53,969 bases of DNA, from positions 1-53,969 of the forward strand of contig JBDOIF010000129.1 in the NCBI GenBank assembly GCA_041082215.1. The letters run 5' to 3'. This DNA is from Anaerolineae bacterium (GTDB taxonomy: Bacteria; Chloroflexota; Anaerolineae; B4-G1; DUEL01). Both the position numbers and the translations under genes were made by a program. Position 1 is the stretch's first letter; each line of letters starts with the position of its first letter. This document shows positions 9,479-19,685 of this stretch, piece by piece. The notes beneath the pieces were generated by a model that saw only the letters and a list, made by a program, of their open reading frames with translations, was not told the DNA's origin and did no database searches.

Positions 9479-9513
9479 CAGGCAAGTTCCGTGTTGCGTG
9501 TTCCGTGTGCCAT

Positions 9514-10518
9514 TCAGGGTCGGGGCGGAAGGCCCAGCTTGGCCCGCACAGCAGCCACCACCATCGGCGAGGCGGCGAGCTTCAGCCGGATCAATGCTTC
9601 CTCCCGGCTCAGGTAGCCCTCCCGCACCAGCGCCGATAGCTCCATCACATAGGGGTGATACCCCATCTGCTCCAGATGGAGCTGGTTGGCCAGGCTGTTG
9701 AGAAGACAGTTGGTCGAGTTGGGGTCGGTATCCTCGGGCCGCTGCCAGCCCAGCATCCCGATGCGGTGAAGGGCCGCCTCCTCGTCATAGTCAAGAAAGG
9801 CGAGAGGAGAGACGTTGTAGGGGAATACCTTTGCCCCCTCCAGTTGCCCCTCCTCCGGGAAGTAGGCGCGAACCTGGCCGTTGGTCACCCGCTCCAGGGG
9901 GACGCGGGCCGTCTTCAGGAAGGCCCGGAGCATCGAGGGGTTGGTGCGGAAAAGGGCAGAGGCCAGCGGCGCCTGGCCGGGCGACCAGCCGTAGACCAGC
10001 AGAGGAACGCCCCGCTCCAGGGCCAGCCGGAGGCCGATCCCCTTGGCCAGCGACATGCAGGCGTTGCAGATCCCACTGGCCCGCTCCAGGGCACGGGGAG
10101 GATAAGCGCCCGGACGGGCCGAGGCGACGAAGACCTCCCGCAGGAGGTCGAAGCGAGGCTTGACAACGATGTGGTCCACCCCCAGGTTCTCCCCCACCAC
10201 CTGCATATTCTTCCGCGCCATGGGGGAGATGAAACCGTTGTCAAACGTGAAGGCCAGGGGGCGCAGGCCGAACTGCTCTTTGAGCAACCAGAGAGTGTAG
10301 GTGCTGTCTTTGCCACCGCTCCACGCCACCAGACAGTGATAGCCACCCTGGGCGCGCACCCGGGCGACGATCTCCTCAAACCGGGCGCGAAGGGCGGCTT
10401 TCTGAGCTGCGCGCTTTTCCGGGCCGGGCAGTTGACGACAGTACTGACACACACCCTCGTCATCGAACTGAATGCCGGGGAAGGTCTCCGGCAGGATACA
10501 GCGAGTACATCGCTTCAC
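9514..10518 (-). CDS. PP-loop ATPase, N-acetyl-sugar amidotransferase-like (WbuX/WbpG-type)
   Basis: N-terminal CTRCILP...GVCQYC, PP-loop SGGKDS, CNAC and STNC motifs. Confidence 0.75.
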   Translation of the reverse strand: MKRCTRCILPETFPGIQFDDEGVCQYCRQLPGPEKRAAQKAALRARFEEIVARVRAQGGYHCLVAWSGGKDSTYTLWLLKEQFGLRPLAFTFDNGFISPMARKNMQVVGENLGVDHIVVKPRFDLLREVFVASARPGAYPPRALERASGICNACMSLAKGIGLRLALERGVPLLVYGWSPGQAPLASALFRTNPSMLRAFLKTARVPLERVTNGQVRAYFPEEGQLEGAKVFPYNVSPLAFLDYDEEAALHRIGMLGWQRPEDTDPNSTNCLLNSLANQLHLEQMGYHPYVMELSALVREGYLSREEALIRLKLAASPMVVAAVRAKLGLPPRP

Positions 10519-10799
10519 TGCTCTTTCCTTTCTTCAAAATCGTTCTCCGGTGGCCGCCCCGCCACGCAACCCCCCTTTCGATGAGGGGATGAATTCCCTG
10601 AACAAAATCATACCGGCAGTTCGTGGGTTTGGGGTGAGGAGATTCCTAGAAAAGGACTAGAGACAGGCCAGAAACGGGGCGGAGAGGAGGAATCTCTAGC
10701 GAATTTTGAGTAAGTTCGTTACCACACTCTGACGAAGCTCCCTTACTATAGGGGGGCCTGCACAGGCAGGGGCTTTGTCTGCGCAGCAAGGAGGGGAGC

Positions 10800-12299
10800 A
10801 TGGCACTGGAAATCGGACAGGAAGGGGGAAGGGCCATCGAAGTAGCACGCCCCCCACTGGCTCGCCGGGGAGTCCGGGTGGAGCGCCGGGCTTCGATCCG
10901 GTGGGCGGTGATCCCGCTGATCGTGCTTGACGGGATCGGCATCGCGCTGAGCATGGGAGCTGCCTACTACCTCCGGTTCCAGGTGATGGCCTACCACGGC
11001 CTGTTCTCGGAGGCTTTCTACTCCCAGGTGATCGCGCTGGCCATTCCGATGTGGCTGCTGATCTTCGCCCTCTACCGACTCTACAACCCCGACGATCTGT
11101 TCGGCGGCCTGCAGGAATACGTCAGTGTGGTCAACGCCTGCACGGCCGGCCTGGTGGGGCTGATCTTCTACAGCTTTCTGGACCGGCGACTGGGCCAGGA
11201 TATCTCCCGCGGGTGGCTGGCGATGGTGTGGGGGTTCTCGGTCCTGAGCGTGGGGATGACGCGGTTCGGATACCGACGATTGATCTACAGGCTCCGGGCA
11301 CGCGGCTGGTTCATCCGACGGGCACTGGTGGTGGGCGCTAACGAAGAAGGGCAGATGATCGCCGCCCAGCTCCGCGTCTCCCCCAACTCCGGCGTCGAGG
11401 TCGTGGGGTTTGTGGACCAGCAGCTTCCGCCCGGGGCCGAGGTGGCCGGGCTGCCAGTCGTGGGCAGCCTGGACCGGCTGGAGGCTTCGATCCGCCGCCT
11501 GGAGGTCGAGGAGCTGATCGTGATCCCGACCGCCATGGGGCGGGAGAAACTGCTGGAAGTCTATCGGGACTGGGGCACCAACGGTAAAGTGCGGGTCCGC
11601 CTCTCCTCCGGCCTGTACGAACTGTTCACAACCGGGGTGCGGGTCCAGGAAGTGGGGTTCATCCCCCTGGTCAGCCTGAACCGGACGCGGATCACCGGGA
11701 TGGACGCGGTGATGAAGCGGGTGCTGGACTACGTGGGAGCAGCGACCGGGCTGGTCCTTCTGGCCCCCCTCTTCGCCGTGATCGCCCTGCTGGTGTGGCT
11801 GGACTCCGGCCGCCCGGTCATCTATCGGCGGCGGGTGGTGGGCCTGCAGGGGCGGGAGTTCGATGCCTTCAAGTTCCGCACCATGATCCCCAACGCCGAC
11901 GCCTACCTGGAAGCCCACCCGGAGCTGAAGGAGGAATGGGAAAGGACCGGCAAGATCCGCAACGACCCCCGTATCACCCGCGTGGGCCGGTTCCTCCGCC
12001 GCTACAGCCTGGACGAGCTGCCCCAACTGGTCAACATATTGAAGGGAGAGATGAGTCTGGTGGGACCCAGAATGCTCACCCCGCCGGAGCTGGAACACTT
12101 CGGCCGCTGGCGGCACAACCTGCTGACGGTCAAGCCGGGGCTGACCGGCCTCTGGCAGGTGAGCGGCCGCTCCGACCTCTCCTACGAAGAGCGGGTACGG
12201 CTGGACATGCACTACATCCGTAACTACACCATCTGGCTGGATTTGAAGCTGCTCTTCAATACCTTCCTGACGGTGTTGAAGGGTCAGGGGGCCTACTGA
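10800..12299 (+). CDS. Polyprenyl-phosphate glycosylphosphotransferase (WcaJ/WbaP family priming transferase)
   Basis: Four N-terminal TMs, a CoA-binding-like domain, then KFRTM, DPRITRVGRFLRRYSLDELPQL and VKPGLTGLWQVSGRS; AAGGAGG RBS. Confidence 0.93.
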   Translation: MALEIGQEGGRAIEVARPPLARRGVRVERRASIRWAVIPLIVLDGIGIALSMGAAYYLRFQVMAYHGLFSEAFYSQVIALAIPMWLLIFALYRLYNPDDLFGGLQEYVSVVNACTAGLVGLIFYSFLDRRLGQDISRGWLAMVWGFSVLSVGMTRFGYRRLIYRLRARGWFIRRALVVGANEEGQMIAAQLRVSPNSGVEVVGFVDQQLPPGAEVAGLPVVGSLDRLEASIRRLEVEELIVIPTAMGREKLLEVYRDWGTNGKVRVRLSSGLYELFTTGVRVQEVGFIPLVSLNRTRITGMDAVMKRVLDYVGAATGLVLLAPLFAVIALLVWLDSGRPVIYRRRVVGLQGREFDAFKFRTMIPNADAYLEAHPELKEEWERTGKIRNDPRITRVGRFLRRYSLDELPQLVNILKGEMSLVGPRMLTPPELEHFGRWRHNLLTVKPGLTGLWQVSGRSDLSYEERVRLDMHYIRNYTIWLDLKLLFNTFLTVLKGQGAY

Positions 12300-12321
12300 G
12301 GCCGATAGCGAGGAGGAGGGT

Positions 12322-12996
12322 ATGAGCGAGATCCACCGCTATCTGGTAGAGGTGCAGGAGACACTGGACCTTCTGCCAGAGGAGCAGATCGAAGAGGTGG
12401 TGGACGTGCTGTTGAGCGCCAACTACGTGGGCAGTACGGTGTTCACAGCGGGCAACGGCGGGAGCGCGGCGACCGCCTCCCATTTCGCCTGCGATCTGGC
12501 CAAAGGGACTATCGTGCCGGACCGCCCCCGGTTCCGGGTAGTGGCGCTCACCGATAACGTCCCTCTGATGACCGCCTGGAGCAACGATGTGGCCTACGAG
12601 GACATGTTCGCAGAGCAGCTCCGGGGGTTGATGGGCCGGGGGGATGTGCTGGTGGCTTTCAGCGGCAGCGGAAACTCGGAAAACGTGCTGCGTGCAGTGG
12701 CACTGGCCCGGCAGATGGGCGGGATCACGATCGGCTTCTCCGGCTTTGAGGGAGGGAAGCTGAGCGGGATGGTGGACGTGCCGGTGGTGGTGCCCAACCA
12801 TTGCATGGAGCAGATCGAGGACGTCCATATGGTGCTGAGCCATCTGGTCTGCACTGTGCTCCGGGAACGGCTGCGGCGGATTGAGCCGCCCGTCTCCCTG
12901 ATGCTGGAGTCGTTGGCCCGGACGGAAAGGTGGATGCCAGCAGAAGCGATCCCCACTTCGGTGATGGGCGGGAACGGTAAGGGGAGGCGGCTATGA
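12322..12996 (+). CDS. gmhA: SIS-domain phosphoheptose isomerase-like protein
   Basis: [24 protein letters not shown] and EQIEDVH motifs. Confidence 0.8.
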   Translation: MSEIHRYLVEVQETLDLLPEEQIEEVVDVLLSANYVGSTVFTAGNGGSAATASHFACDLAKGTIVPDRPRFRVVALTDNVPLMTAWSNDVAYEDMFAEQLRGLMGRGDVLVAFSGSGNSENVLRAVALARQMGGITIGFSGFEGGKLSGMVDVPVVVPNHCMEQIEDVHMVLSHLVCTVLRERLRRIEPPVSLMLESLARTERWMPAEAIPTSVMGGNGKGRRL

Positions 12997-13856
12997 TTCT
13001 GGAAGAAGGCCCCGTCGTCTCCTGCGCCCCGGACGCGGCCGAGATGGCCGCCCGGCGGGGACGGCTCCGCTATTATCTGGATGGGCAATCCACCAGCCCG
13101 GGCCGGTACATCCTGGAACAGACCCTGTTCTTCTTTCTGCGGGGGATCCCCGGCCTGGCCGGCATCGGCCTCCGGGCCCTGGCCTACCGGCTGATCCTCC
13201 ACAGCAAGAGCTGGCCCGTGATCGAAGACCACGTCCGCCTCGCCCAACCAGCCAACATCCACCTGGGCCGGAACGTCTACCTGGATCACGGGGTTTATCT
13301 GCACGCCTGTCCACAGGGCATCTTCATCGGCGACGACACCTTCGTGATGCACGGGAGCGAGCTCCACGTCTACAACTTCCGCAATCTGCCCCACGCTGGC
13401 ATCTGGATAGGGAGGAACTGCTTCATCGGCGAGTTCTGCCTGATCCGGGGGCAGGGCGGCGTCCACATCGGCGACGAGGTCCTCCTCGCCCCCCGGGTCC
13501 AGATTCTGGCCGTCAACCACCTCTTCGGCGATCCCACCCGTCCGGTCATACGGCAGGGGATCTCCGCCCAGGGGATCGTCGTGGAGGAGGGGGCGTGGAT
13601 CGGGGCAGGGGCAATCCTTCTGGACGGCGTGCAGGTAGGACAGGGGGCGGTGGTGGGGGCCGGCGCGGTCGTCACCCGCGACGTGCCCCCCCACACCCTG
13701 GCCGTGGGAACCCCCGCCCGGGTGGTGCGGGCTTGGGGGGCTGGAGAACGGCCCAGGGAAACGATCGAGGCAGCAGTGCTCAGAATGAAGAACCCTTTTA
13801 ACGGCATGCAGAACCCTCTCAATGGGGTGCTCGTCGGTTGGAGGAGAGCGAGATGA
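12993..13856 (+). CDS. Hexapeptide-repeat (LbH) sugar O-acyltransferase
   Basis: LbH repeats, NH motif and [33 protein letters not shown]...GTPARV. Confidence 0.88.
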   Translation: MILEEGPVVSCAPDAAEMAARRGRLRYYLDGQSTSPGRYILEQTLFFFLRGIPGLAGIGLRALAYRLILHSKSWPVIEDHVRLAQPANIHLGRNVYLDHGVYLHACPQGIFIGDDTFVMHGSELHVYNFRNLPHAGIWIGRNCFIGEFCLIRGQGGVHIGDEVLLAPRVQILAVNHLFGDPTRPVIRQGISAQGIVVEEGAWIGAGAILLDGVQVGQGAVVGAGAVVTRDVPPHTLAVGTPARVVRAWGAGERPRETIEAAVLRMKNPFNGMQNPLNGVLVGWRRAR

Positions 13857-15064
13857 ATGTCCTTTCCGTCGTGATTCCAGCTTACAACGAGGAAAACGGC
13901 ATCGCACAGATTATCGAGCGGGTCCTCGCCATCCGGCCCCGGCTGGCTGAGGCGGGGGTGGACGACCTGGAGCTGATCGTGGTGGACGATGGCTCCCGCG
14001 ACAGGACGGCAGCCATCGCCGCCCGCTACCCCCAGGTCCACCTCATCCGCCACTCGATCAATCAGGGGTACGGAGCGGCGCTGAAGACCGGCTTCAGCCG
14101 GTCGCGGGGGAACCTGCTGGGTTTCCTCGACGCCGACGGCACCTACCCACCGGAACACTTCCCCGACCTCTGCCGGGTGGCCCTGGAGGAGGGGGCGGAC
14201 CTGGTGATCGGCTCCCGGATGAACGGCACCGAAAGCGAAATGCCGCTGGTCCGCCGCATCGGCAATTTCATCTTCGCCAACCTGGTGAGCCTGCTGGGCA
14301 ACCACCGGGTCAGCGACAGCGCCAGCGGGATGCGGGTGATCCGACGGGAGGCCCTCCCCCGTCTCTATCCCCTGCCCAACGGCCTGAACTTCACCCCTGT
14401 CATGAGCACCCGCGCCCTCCACGAGGAAATCCGCTGGCGGGAGGTCCCTATCCCCTACCGGGAACGGGTGGGACGTTCCAAGCTGAGCGTGGTGCGGGAC
14501 GGGCTGCGGTTCCTGAGCACCATCATCTGGACCGCGCTGAACTACAACCCGGTGCGCATCCTGGGGGGCATCGGCCTGGGGCTGGTGGCCGTCGCCGGGA
14601 TCATCGCGGCAGCGATCGTGGGGATGCGGCTCTCCGGCATCACCCGGCTGGGGCCGTGGGGGGTGGTCAGCCTCTTCGTCGGCGGCCTGTGCGGTGTCTC
14701 CGGCGTGACCCTCTTCTCCCTGGGCGCCACCTTCAACTACCTGGTCTCTCTCTTCCACAAACAGCCCATCCGCCAGGGACTCTTTGGCCGTCCCCTGTTT
14801 CGCCAGCCCCTGGAGCGTCACTTCGGCTGGGTGGGGGCGCTGGCGATGGCGGCAGGGCTGGCCGTAGGCGGCGTCAGCCTGAGCCTGGCGCTGGGAGGCT
14901 GGGCCATCGAGCGGCTCTGGCTCTACCTGCTGGGCGCGGCTATGCTCTCCCTGATAGGTTTGCAGTTGGCCGTCTTCTGGATTATCATGCGGGTGCTGGA
15001 GGAGCTGAGCAAACGGGAGATTCAGGTGGCCCATGACCTGGAGGGTGGAGCGTGCGAGGAATAA
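13853..15064 (+). CDS. Glycosyltransferase family 2 (polyprenol-phosphate glycosyltransferase/DPM1-like) with C-terminal TM helices
   Basis: [26 protein letters not shown] and [14 protein letters not shown] overlap with the upstream gene. Confidence 0.88.
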   Translation: MNVLSVVIPAYNEENGIAQIIERVLAIRPRLAEAGVDDLELIVVDDGSRDRTAAIAARYPQVHLIRHSINQGYGAALKTGFSRSRGNLLGFLDADGTYPPEHFPDLCRVALEEGADLVIGSRMNGTESEMPLVRRIGNFIFANLVSLLGNHRVSDSASGMRVIRREALPRLYPLPNGLNFTPVMSTRALHEEIRWREVPIPYRERVGRSKLSVVRDGLRFLSTIIWTALNYNPVRILGGIGLGLVAVAGIIAAAIVGMRLSGITRLGPWGVVSLFVGGLCGVSGVTLFSLGATFNYLVSLFHKQPIRQGLFGRPLFRQPLERHFGWVGALAMAAGLAVGGVSLSLALGGWAIERLWLYLLGAAMLSLIGLQLAVFWIIMRVLEELSKREIQVAHDLEGGACEE

Positions 15065-15078
15065 ACCGTGGAGCGGGG

Positions 15079-16722
15079 ATGCGGGAGCGGGTCCTTCCTC
15101 CCAGCTTCCCCGACGCCGATGAAGTGGTGCGGGCCGGGCGCTTAGCCCGGCCCAAAGGTGAGGTGGACATTCTCTTCGTCAATCCACCGGCGCCGGACCG
15201 CGGCATCTGGATCCGCAGCCAGCATCGCGTCGGGCGGCGCTCCCGGGAAGGGATGATCTGGCCCCAGGTCAGCCTGGCCCAACTGGCCGCCCTCTTCCCC
15301 GACTACCGGGTGGAGGTGATGGACGCCATCCCTCTGCGGATGGACTGGGCGGAGTTCGAGCGGCTGCTGGAAGAGAAACAGCCCCGCTACTACGTCACCC
15401 ACGTCACCGCCCCCACCCTCCGCAACGATATGTACGGCGTCTTCCTGGCCCGGAGCATGGGGGCGACGACCATCACCTTCGGCACCCACGTCACTCCCAT
15501 CCCCCGCGAGACGATGCAGGCCTTCCCCAGCCTGGATTTTGCCCTCCGTGGGGAGCCGGAGCTGACGCTGCGAGAGCTGATTGACACGCTGGAAGGGAGC
15601 AGGAGACAAAAAACAGGAAGCGAGGAGCAGGAGGAGTGGTGGCCAGGGATGGAGCCGGCCTTCGCCGCTCGACTGCGCAAGCTCTTCACCGACGCCGACC
15701 CCCACTGGCGCCCCGCCTGGCTTCACCCAGCATCAGAAGCTCCAGACCTGAAGCGCATCAAAGGCCTCGTCTGGCGGGATGGCGACGAGATCGTCGTCAA
15801 CCCGGACCGGCCCTTCATCCGCCACCTGGACGATCTGCCCCTTCCTCGCCACGACCTCCTCCCCCTGGGAAAGTACTGCGCCCCTCTGGTACGCGGCCCC
15901 TACGCTTTCGTCGTCACCAGCCGGGGTTGCCCCGGCGGATGTCGTTTCTGTATCAAGCACGTTTCCTACGGCAGCTCCATCCGCTTCCGCTCCCCGGAGA
16001 ACATCATCGAGGAGCTGGAGCTCCTGGTCGGCCTGGGGGTCCGCTCCGTGCACATGTACGCCGACCTGTTCACCGTGAGCCGGGAGCAGGTGGTGGGGCT
16101 GTGCGAGCTGATCCTGGAACGAGGACTGCAGATCCGATGGACCTGTAACAGCCGGGTGGACTTCGTGGACCCGGCGATGCTCCGCCTGATGGGCCGGGCC
16201 GGCTGCTGGATGATCTCCTGGGGGATCGAGTCGGGCAGCGAGGAGGTGCTCCGACGGGCCCGGAAGGGGATCGAGCTGGAACAGGTGGAGCGGGCGCTGC
16301 ACTGGTCGCGCGAGGCGGGCATCCGCAACTGGGGCTACTTCATCATCGGCCTGCCGGGGGAGACGGAGGAGACTATTAAAGAAACCATCCGCTTCGCCAG
16401 GCGGCTCCCGCTGGACCTGGTCCTCTTCCACATCGCTGCGCCATACCCTGGCTCCCCCCTCTTCTTTGAGGTCGTGGAGCGGGGCTGGTTCCGCCCCGGC
16501 ACCCGCTGGGAGCAGGTGGATATGGACCGCTCGACGGTGCTGGATTACCCTCACCTGCGGGCGGAGGAGCTGGAGCGGTGGGCGCGGCGCGCCTTCCGCG
16601 CCTGGGCACTGCGGCCAGGCCCTGCCCTGACTTATCTGCGGATGCTCCTGGGTTCCCCCTCCCTCTGGCGGTCCGCCCTCCAGATCGGCCTGGAGAGCCT
16701 GGGCTGGGCAACGGGGGGATAG
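15079..16722 (+). CDS. Cobalamin-binding radical SAM protein (alternative GTG start at 15052)
   Basis: N-terminal B12-binding-like domain (ILFVNPP...GTHVT...GEPE), SRGCPGGCRFC, GIESGS and FIIGLPGET. Confidence 0.88.
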   Translation: MRERVLPPSFPDADEVVRAGRLARPKGEVDILFVNPPAPDRGIWIRSQHRVGRRSREGMIWPQVSLAQLAALFPDYRVEVMDAIPLRMDWAEFERLLEEKQPRYYVTHVTAPTLRNDMYGVFLARSMGATTITFGTHVTPIPRETMQAFPSLDFALRGEPELTLRELIDTLEGSRRQKTGSEEQEEWWPGMEPAFAARLRKLFTDADPHWRPAWLHPASEAPDLKRIKGLVWRDGDEIVVNPDRPFIRHLDDLPLPRHDLLPLGKYCAPLVRGPYAFVVTSRGCPGGCRFCIKHVSYGSSIRFRSPENIIEELELLVGLGVRSVHMYADLFTVSREQVVGLCELILERGLQIRWTCNSRVDFVDPAMLRLMGRAGCWMISWGIESGSEEVLRRARKGIELEQVERALHWSREAGIRNWGYFIIGLPGETEETIKETIRFARRLPLDLVLFHIAAPYPGSPLFFEVVERGWFRPGTRWEQVDMDRSTVLDYPHLRAEELERWARRAFRAWALRPGPALTYLRMLLGSPSLWRSALQIGLESLGWATGG

Positions 16723-16790
16723 AGATCACCCGAAGGGCCGGAGAGATTCCGCCCCCGACCCGAACTCCGCCCTGACCGTCGGGGTGGAGC

Positions 16791-16818
16791 TTGCGGGCTG
16801 GGGGCGGAAATGTATAAT
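16791..16818 (+). promoter_or_regulatory. Putative sigma70 promoter TTGCGG-N16-TATAAT
   Basis: Perfect TATAAT at 16813-16818 in the intergenic region, directly after a GC hairpin (about 16765-16789). Confidence 0.5.
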
Positions 16819-16848
16819 GAGCATCTGCGATCAGAAAAGGGGGATGCT

Positions 16849-17349
16849 ATGGAACTGCACGTCGTCGTCACATACGGCGGGGTGATCGGGAGGCTGGCCC
16901 GCCGGTTCGGCCTGAGGTGGAACCACGCCGCTCTCCGCTACGCCCGCAGCCCCCAGGCTGGCCTGCGGATCATCGAATCGTCGGCCTGTGGGGCGGTGGA
17001 GCGTTCCTGGGAAGATTTCCTGAAAGATGTCGAGGAATACCAGGCCTTGGCGGTCAGAGAGGGACTATCTGAGATGACGATGCGGGAGATCATCGCCTAC
17101 GGCTGGGGCAACGTGGGGAAACCGTATAACTACTGGTGGTTCCTCAAGATCGCCTGGCAACTGCTGAAGCGTCGCCTGATCGCTGCCCCCTTCACCTACC
17201 CGGCCCACGTCTGCTCCAGCCTGGTCTACGACTGCTTCCGCTACGCAGGCGTGAACCTCCTGCCCGGCCACGAAGGGGTGCTGGTGACGCCGGACGACCT
17301 GGCCGGCAGCCCTCTGCTGGAAGTCGTCGAAACCGGTAAAGGAGCCTGA
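16849..17349 (+). CDS. Permuted papain-like (YiiX/YebB-type NlpC/P60) enzyme
   Basis: His-first order WNHAAL, IIES, GKPYNY, catalytic HVCSSLV and VTPDDL. Confidence 0.7.
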   Translation: MELHVVVTYGGVIGRLARRFGLRWNHAALRYARSPQAGLRIIESSACGAVERSWEDFLKDVEEYQALAVREGLSEMTMREIIAYGWGNVGKPYNYWWFLKIAWQLLKRRLIAAPFTYPAHVCSSLVYDCFRYAGVNLLPGHEGVLVTPDDLAGSPLLEVVETGKGA

Positions 17350-17350
17350 T

Positions 17351-18052
17351 ATGCGAAGCCGTTTGGGTATCATCGCCCTCATCCTGTTTGTCCTCGTGCT
17401 CTGCATCGGCCTGGTCCTGTGGCTGGCGCTGCTACGCTCCGGCCCCAGCGGACCGGCCGAAACGCTGCAAGAGGAGCTGGAGCAGCGACTGAACCCCACC
17501 CCCACCATCCGCCCCAGTCCCATCACGATCATCCGGCAGGTCCGCAGCCTGAGCCGGCTGGAGACCGTCTCCTATACCGTCGAGAAGGTCATCACCGCTG
17601 AATCCGGGCAGGACGCGCTGGCCTTCCTCTTCGGCGACCGGCTCCTTTTCGTCGCCCACGGGCAGGTGATCGCCGGGGTGGACCTGGGGAAGGTGCAGGA
17701 AGGGGATGTAACCGTCACCGAGGACGACCGGGTGGTGATGGTGCTGCCCCCGCCGGAGGTCTTTGTCGTCACTCTGGACAACGAAAAGTCCTACGTCTAC
17801 GACCGGGAGACGGGCCTGCTGGGGCTGAACCCGGACCTGGAGAGGGCAGCCCGGCAGGCAGCAGAGGAGGAAATCCTGAACGCCGCCCTGGAGGACGGCA
17901 TCCTGGATACCGCTCGCACCAACGCCGAAGCTTACCTGGAACGGCTGATCACCGGCTTCGGCTTCCGGGAGGTCGTCTTCATCCAGGCCACGCCTGCTCC
18001 ACCTCCACCCACCCTTCCCGTCACCGTCGTCCCCGCCACAGCCATCCCCTAG
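17351..18052 (+). CDS. DUF4230-domain membrane-anchored protein
   Basis: N-terminal TM, then IRQVRSLSRLET, GQVIAGVDL, LPPPEV and GILDTARTNAE. Confidence 0.8.
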   Translation: MRSRLGIIALILFVLVLCIGLVLWLALLRSGPSGPAETLQEELEQRLNPTPTIRPSPITIIRQVRSLSRLETVSYTVEKVITAESGQDALAFLFGDRLLFVAHGQVIAGVDLGKVQEGDVTVTEDDRVVMVLPPPEVFVVTLDNEKSYVYDRETGLLGLNPDLERAARQAAEEEILNAALEDGILDTARTNAEAYLERLITGFGFREVVFIQATPAPPPPTLPVTVVPATAIP

Positions 18053-18092
18053 TTCCAGCCCCCGGAGACACGAAGTTATAGAACTCATTGGG

Positions 18093-18122
18093 CCTCTGCG
18101 CTCTCTGTGCCTCTGTGGTTTC
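18093..18122 (-). repeat. Degenerate 9-mer repeat (ACCACAGAG-GCACAGAGA-GCGCAGAGG on the - strand)
   Basis: GCCTCTGCGCTCTCTGTGCCTCTGTGGT on +; same family as 29556-29613 and 35266-35290. Confidence 0.55.
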
Positions 18123-18131
18123 ACCAGAAGC

Positions 18132-19295
18132 ATGCGAATCAAGACCATCCCGGAGGATTTCATCGTCGAGGAGCGGATCTGGCTGCCAGCGGCGGCCCAT
18201 GGTCCCTACACCCTCTACCAGGTCCGCAAACGGGGGGCGACGACGCTGGCGGTGCAGGCCCAGATCGCCCAGCGATTGGGGGTCCCCCATTCCGCTGTCT
18301 CTTTTCCGGCGCTGAAGGACAAACAGGCAGTGGCGGTCCAGTATGCAGCCATCCGCGGCGGAGGGCCGGTGCGGCTGGAGGGGCCGGGGTTTGTGGCCGA
18401 GCGGGTGGGGTGGGCGAACCGCCCTCTTGCCCCTTCGGACCTGGAAGGGAATTTCTTTACGGTGGTGGTGCGGGACCTGGCTCCAGGGGAGGCGGCGGAG
18501 ATCGGCGACCGGCTGAAGGAGCTGGCGGTAGAGGGACTGCCCAATTATTTCGACCAGCAGCGGTTTGGCTCCCAGACCCCGTCCGGAGAGTTCCCCGGCC
18601 GTCGTATCCTCCGGCGGGATGCGGAGGGGGCGCTGCACGCCTATCTGGCCGAGCCGCTGGTGGGGGATTCCCCCCAGGTACGGGCCTTCAAACGGCTGGC
18701 GGCGGAGCGATGGGGGGAATGGGGTACGCTGCTTGCGGCCGCCCCCCGCCCCTCCAACTACCGCTCCGTCCTCACCTTCCTCAAGGACCACCCTGCCGAC
18801 TTCCGCCGCGCCCTCAATCTGGTCACCCCCCGGGTGCTGAGCCTCTACCTGGCGGCCTACCAGTCCCTCCTCTGGAACCGGATCGTCGCCCGTTATCTGA
18901 CGGGCCTGATGGGGAAGCCGGACGGCTTTGTAGGGATCGCCGGGGAGCGGCTCCCACTTTTCCGGGAGCTTGCCGTCCGGCTGCCGGAGGGGGCCGCCGT
19001 ATCGCTGCCGCACCATCGGGCCAGGTACGGCGACCCCGGGCTGGCAGCGGCGGTGACGGAGGTGCTGGGGGAAGAGGGAATGGGGCTTCCTGACCTCAAA
19101 CCCCGTATCCTGCGGCGGGCCTACCTGCCCCGGGGGAAGCGGCGGCTGGTCCTGAGGCCCGAAGAGGTGGATGTCTCGGCGCCCGTTCCTGATGAGCGGT
19201 TCCCCGGCCGCCAGAAGGTCCAGATGCGCTTCGCGTTGCCGGCTGGCTCTTACGGAACGCTGGTGCTCAGAGCCGCGCTGCAAATGCCCCCATAA
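18132..19295 (+). CDS. truD: tRNA pseudouridine(13) synthase TruD family
   Basis: K..PEDFIVEE, LKDKQAV (catalytic Asp), GNFF.VVVR, PNYFDQQRFGS, AYQSLLWN and FALPAGSYGT. Confidence 0.88.
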   Translation: MRIKTIPEDFIVEERIWLPAAAHGPYTLYQVRKRGATTLAVQAQIAQRLGVPHSAVSFPALKDKQAVAVQYAAIRGGGPVRLEGPGFVAERVGWANRPLAPSDLEGNFFTVVVRDLAPGEAAEIGDRLKELAVEGLPNYFDQQRFGSQTPSGEFPGRRILRRDAEGALHAYLAEPLVGDSPQVRAFKRLAAERWGEWGTLLAAAPRPSNYRSVLTFLKDHPADFRRALNLVTPRVLSLYLAAYQSLLWNRIVARYLTGLMGKPDGFVGIAGERLPLFRELAVRLPEGAAVSLPHHRARYGDPGLAAAVTEVLGEEGMGLPDLKPRILRRAYLPRGKRRLVLRPEEVDVSAPVPDERFPGRQKVQMRFALPAGSYGTLVLRAALQMPP

Positions 19296-19308
19296 TACCC
19301 GGACATAG

Positions 19309-19340
19309 AAAAACCCCCCGCGTCCTGAAGACGCGGGGGG
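19309..19340 (-). terminator. Intrinsic terminator of the - strand sulfur operon (possibly bidirectional)
   Basis: 11-bp perfect stem CCCCCCGCGTC/GACGCGGGGGG with an A-tract on + (U-tract on -). Confidence 0.75.
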
Positions 19341-19348
19341 CCATCCCC

Positions 19349-19666
19349 TCATACCGGTCCCACCACCCGTGCCCCCGGTGGCGGCGTATGCTCCCGAATC
19401 CACTCCTCAAACCATTCCCGGTCCAGGACCTGGATGAGGAGCGCGGCCCGGTCGCTGCGCTGGTTGAGGATGTGGCGCAGTTCGCAGATTTTCTGGTAGC
19501 ACTCCTCAAACGCCTGCTCTATCTCGGCCGAGGTCAGTTCCCCGGCTTTCCACTTTTCCATCCGCCGACACATCGGCTCCATCAACTGGCGCCAGCGGTA
19601 CTCCCGGTAGTCCGCTACCAGCCGCTCCTTCCACCACTGGGAGGATGAGGATTCGCGCGGGTCCAT
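19349..19666 (-). CDS. Hypothetical 105-aa helical protein
   Basis: GGAGG RBS before ATG; fills the gap between the DsrK-like gene and the terminator; no recognised family. Confidence 0.65.
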   Translation of the reverse strand: MDPRESSSSQWWKERLVADYREYRWRQLMEPMCRRMEKWKAGELTSAEIEQAFEECYQKICELRHILNQRSDRAALLIQVLDREWFEEWIREHTPPPGARVVGPV

Positions 19667-19685
19667 TTTGCACCTCCCTTCCCTC

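Noticed and set aside
10519..10799. Riboswitch or defined promoters in the divergent glycan intergenic region
   Set aside because: Only isolated -10-like hexamers and a weak hairpin (about 10759-10787) before the RBS; no recognisable aptamer or -35 match.
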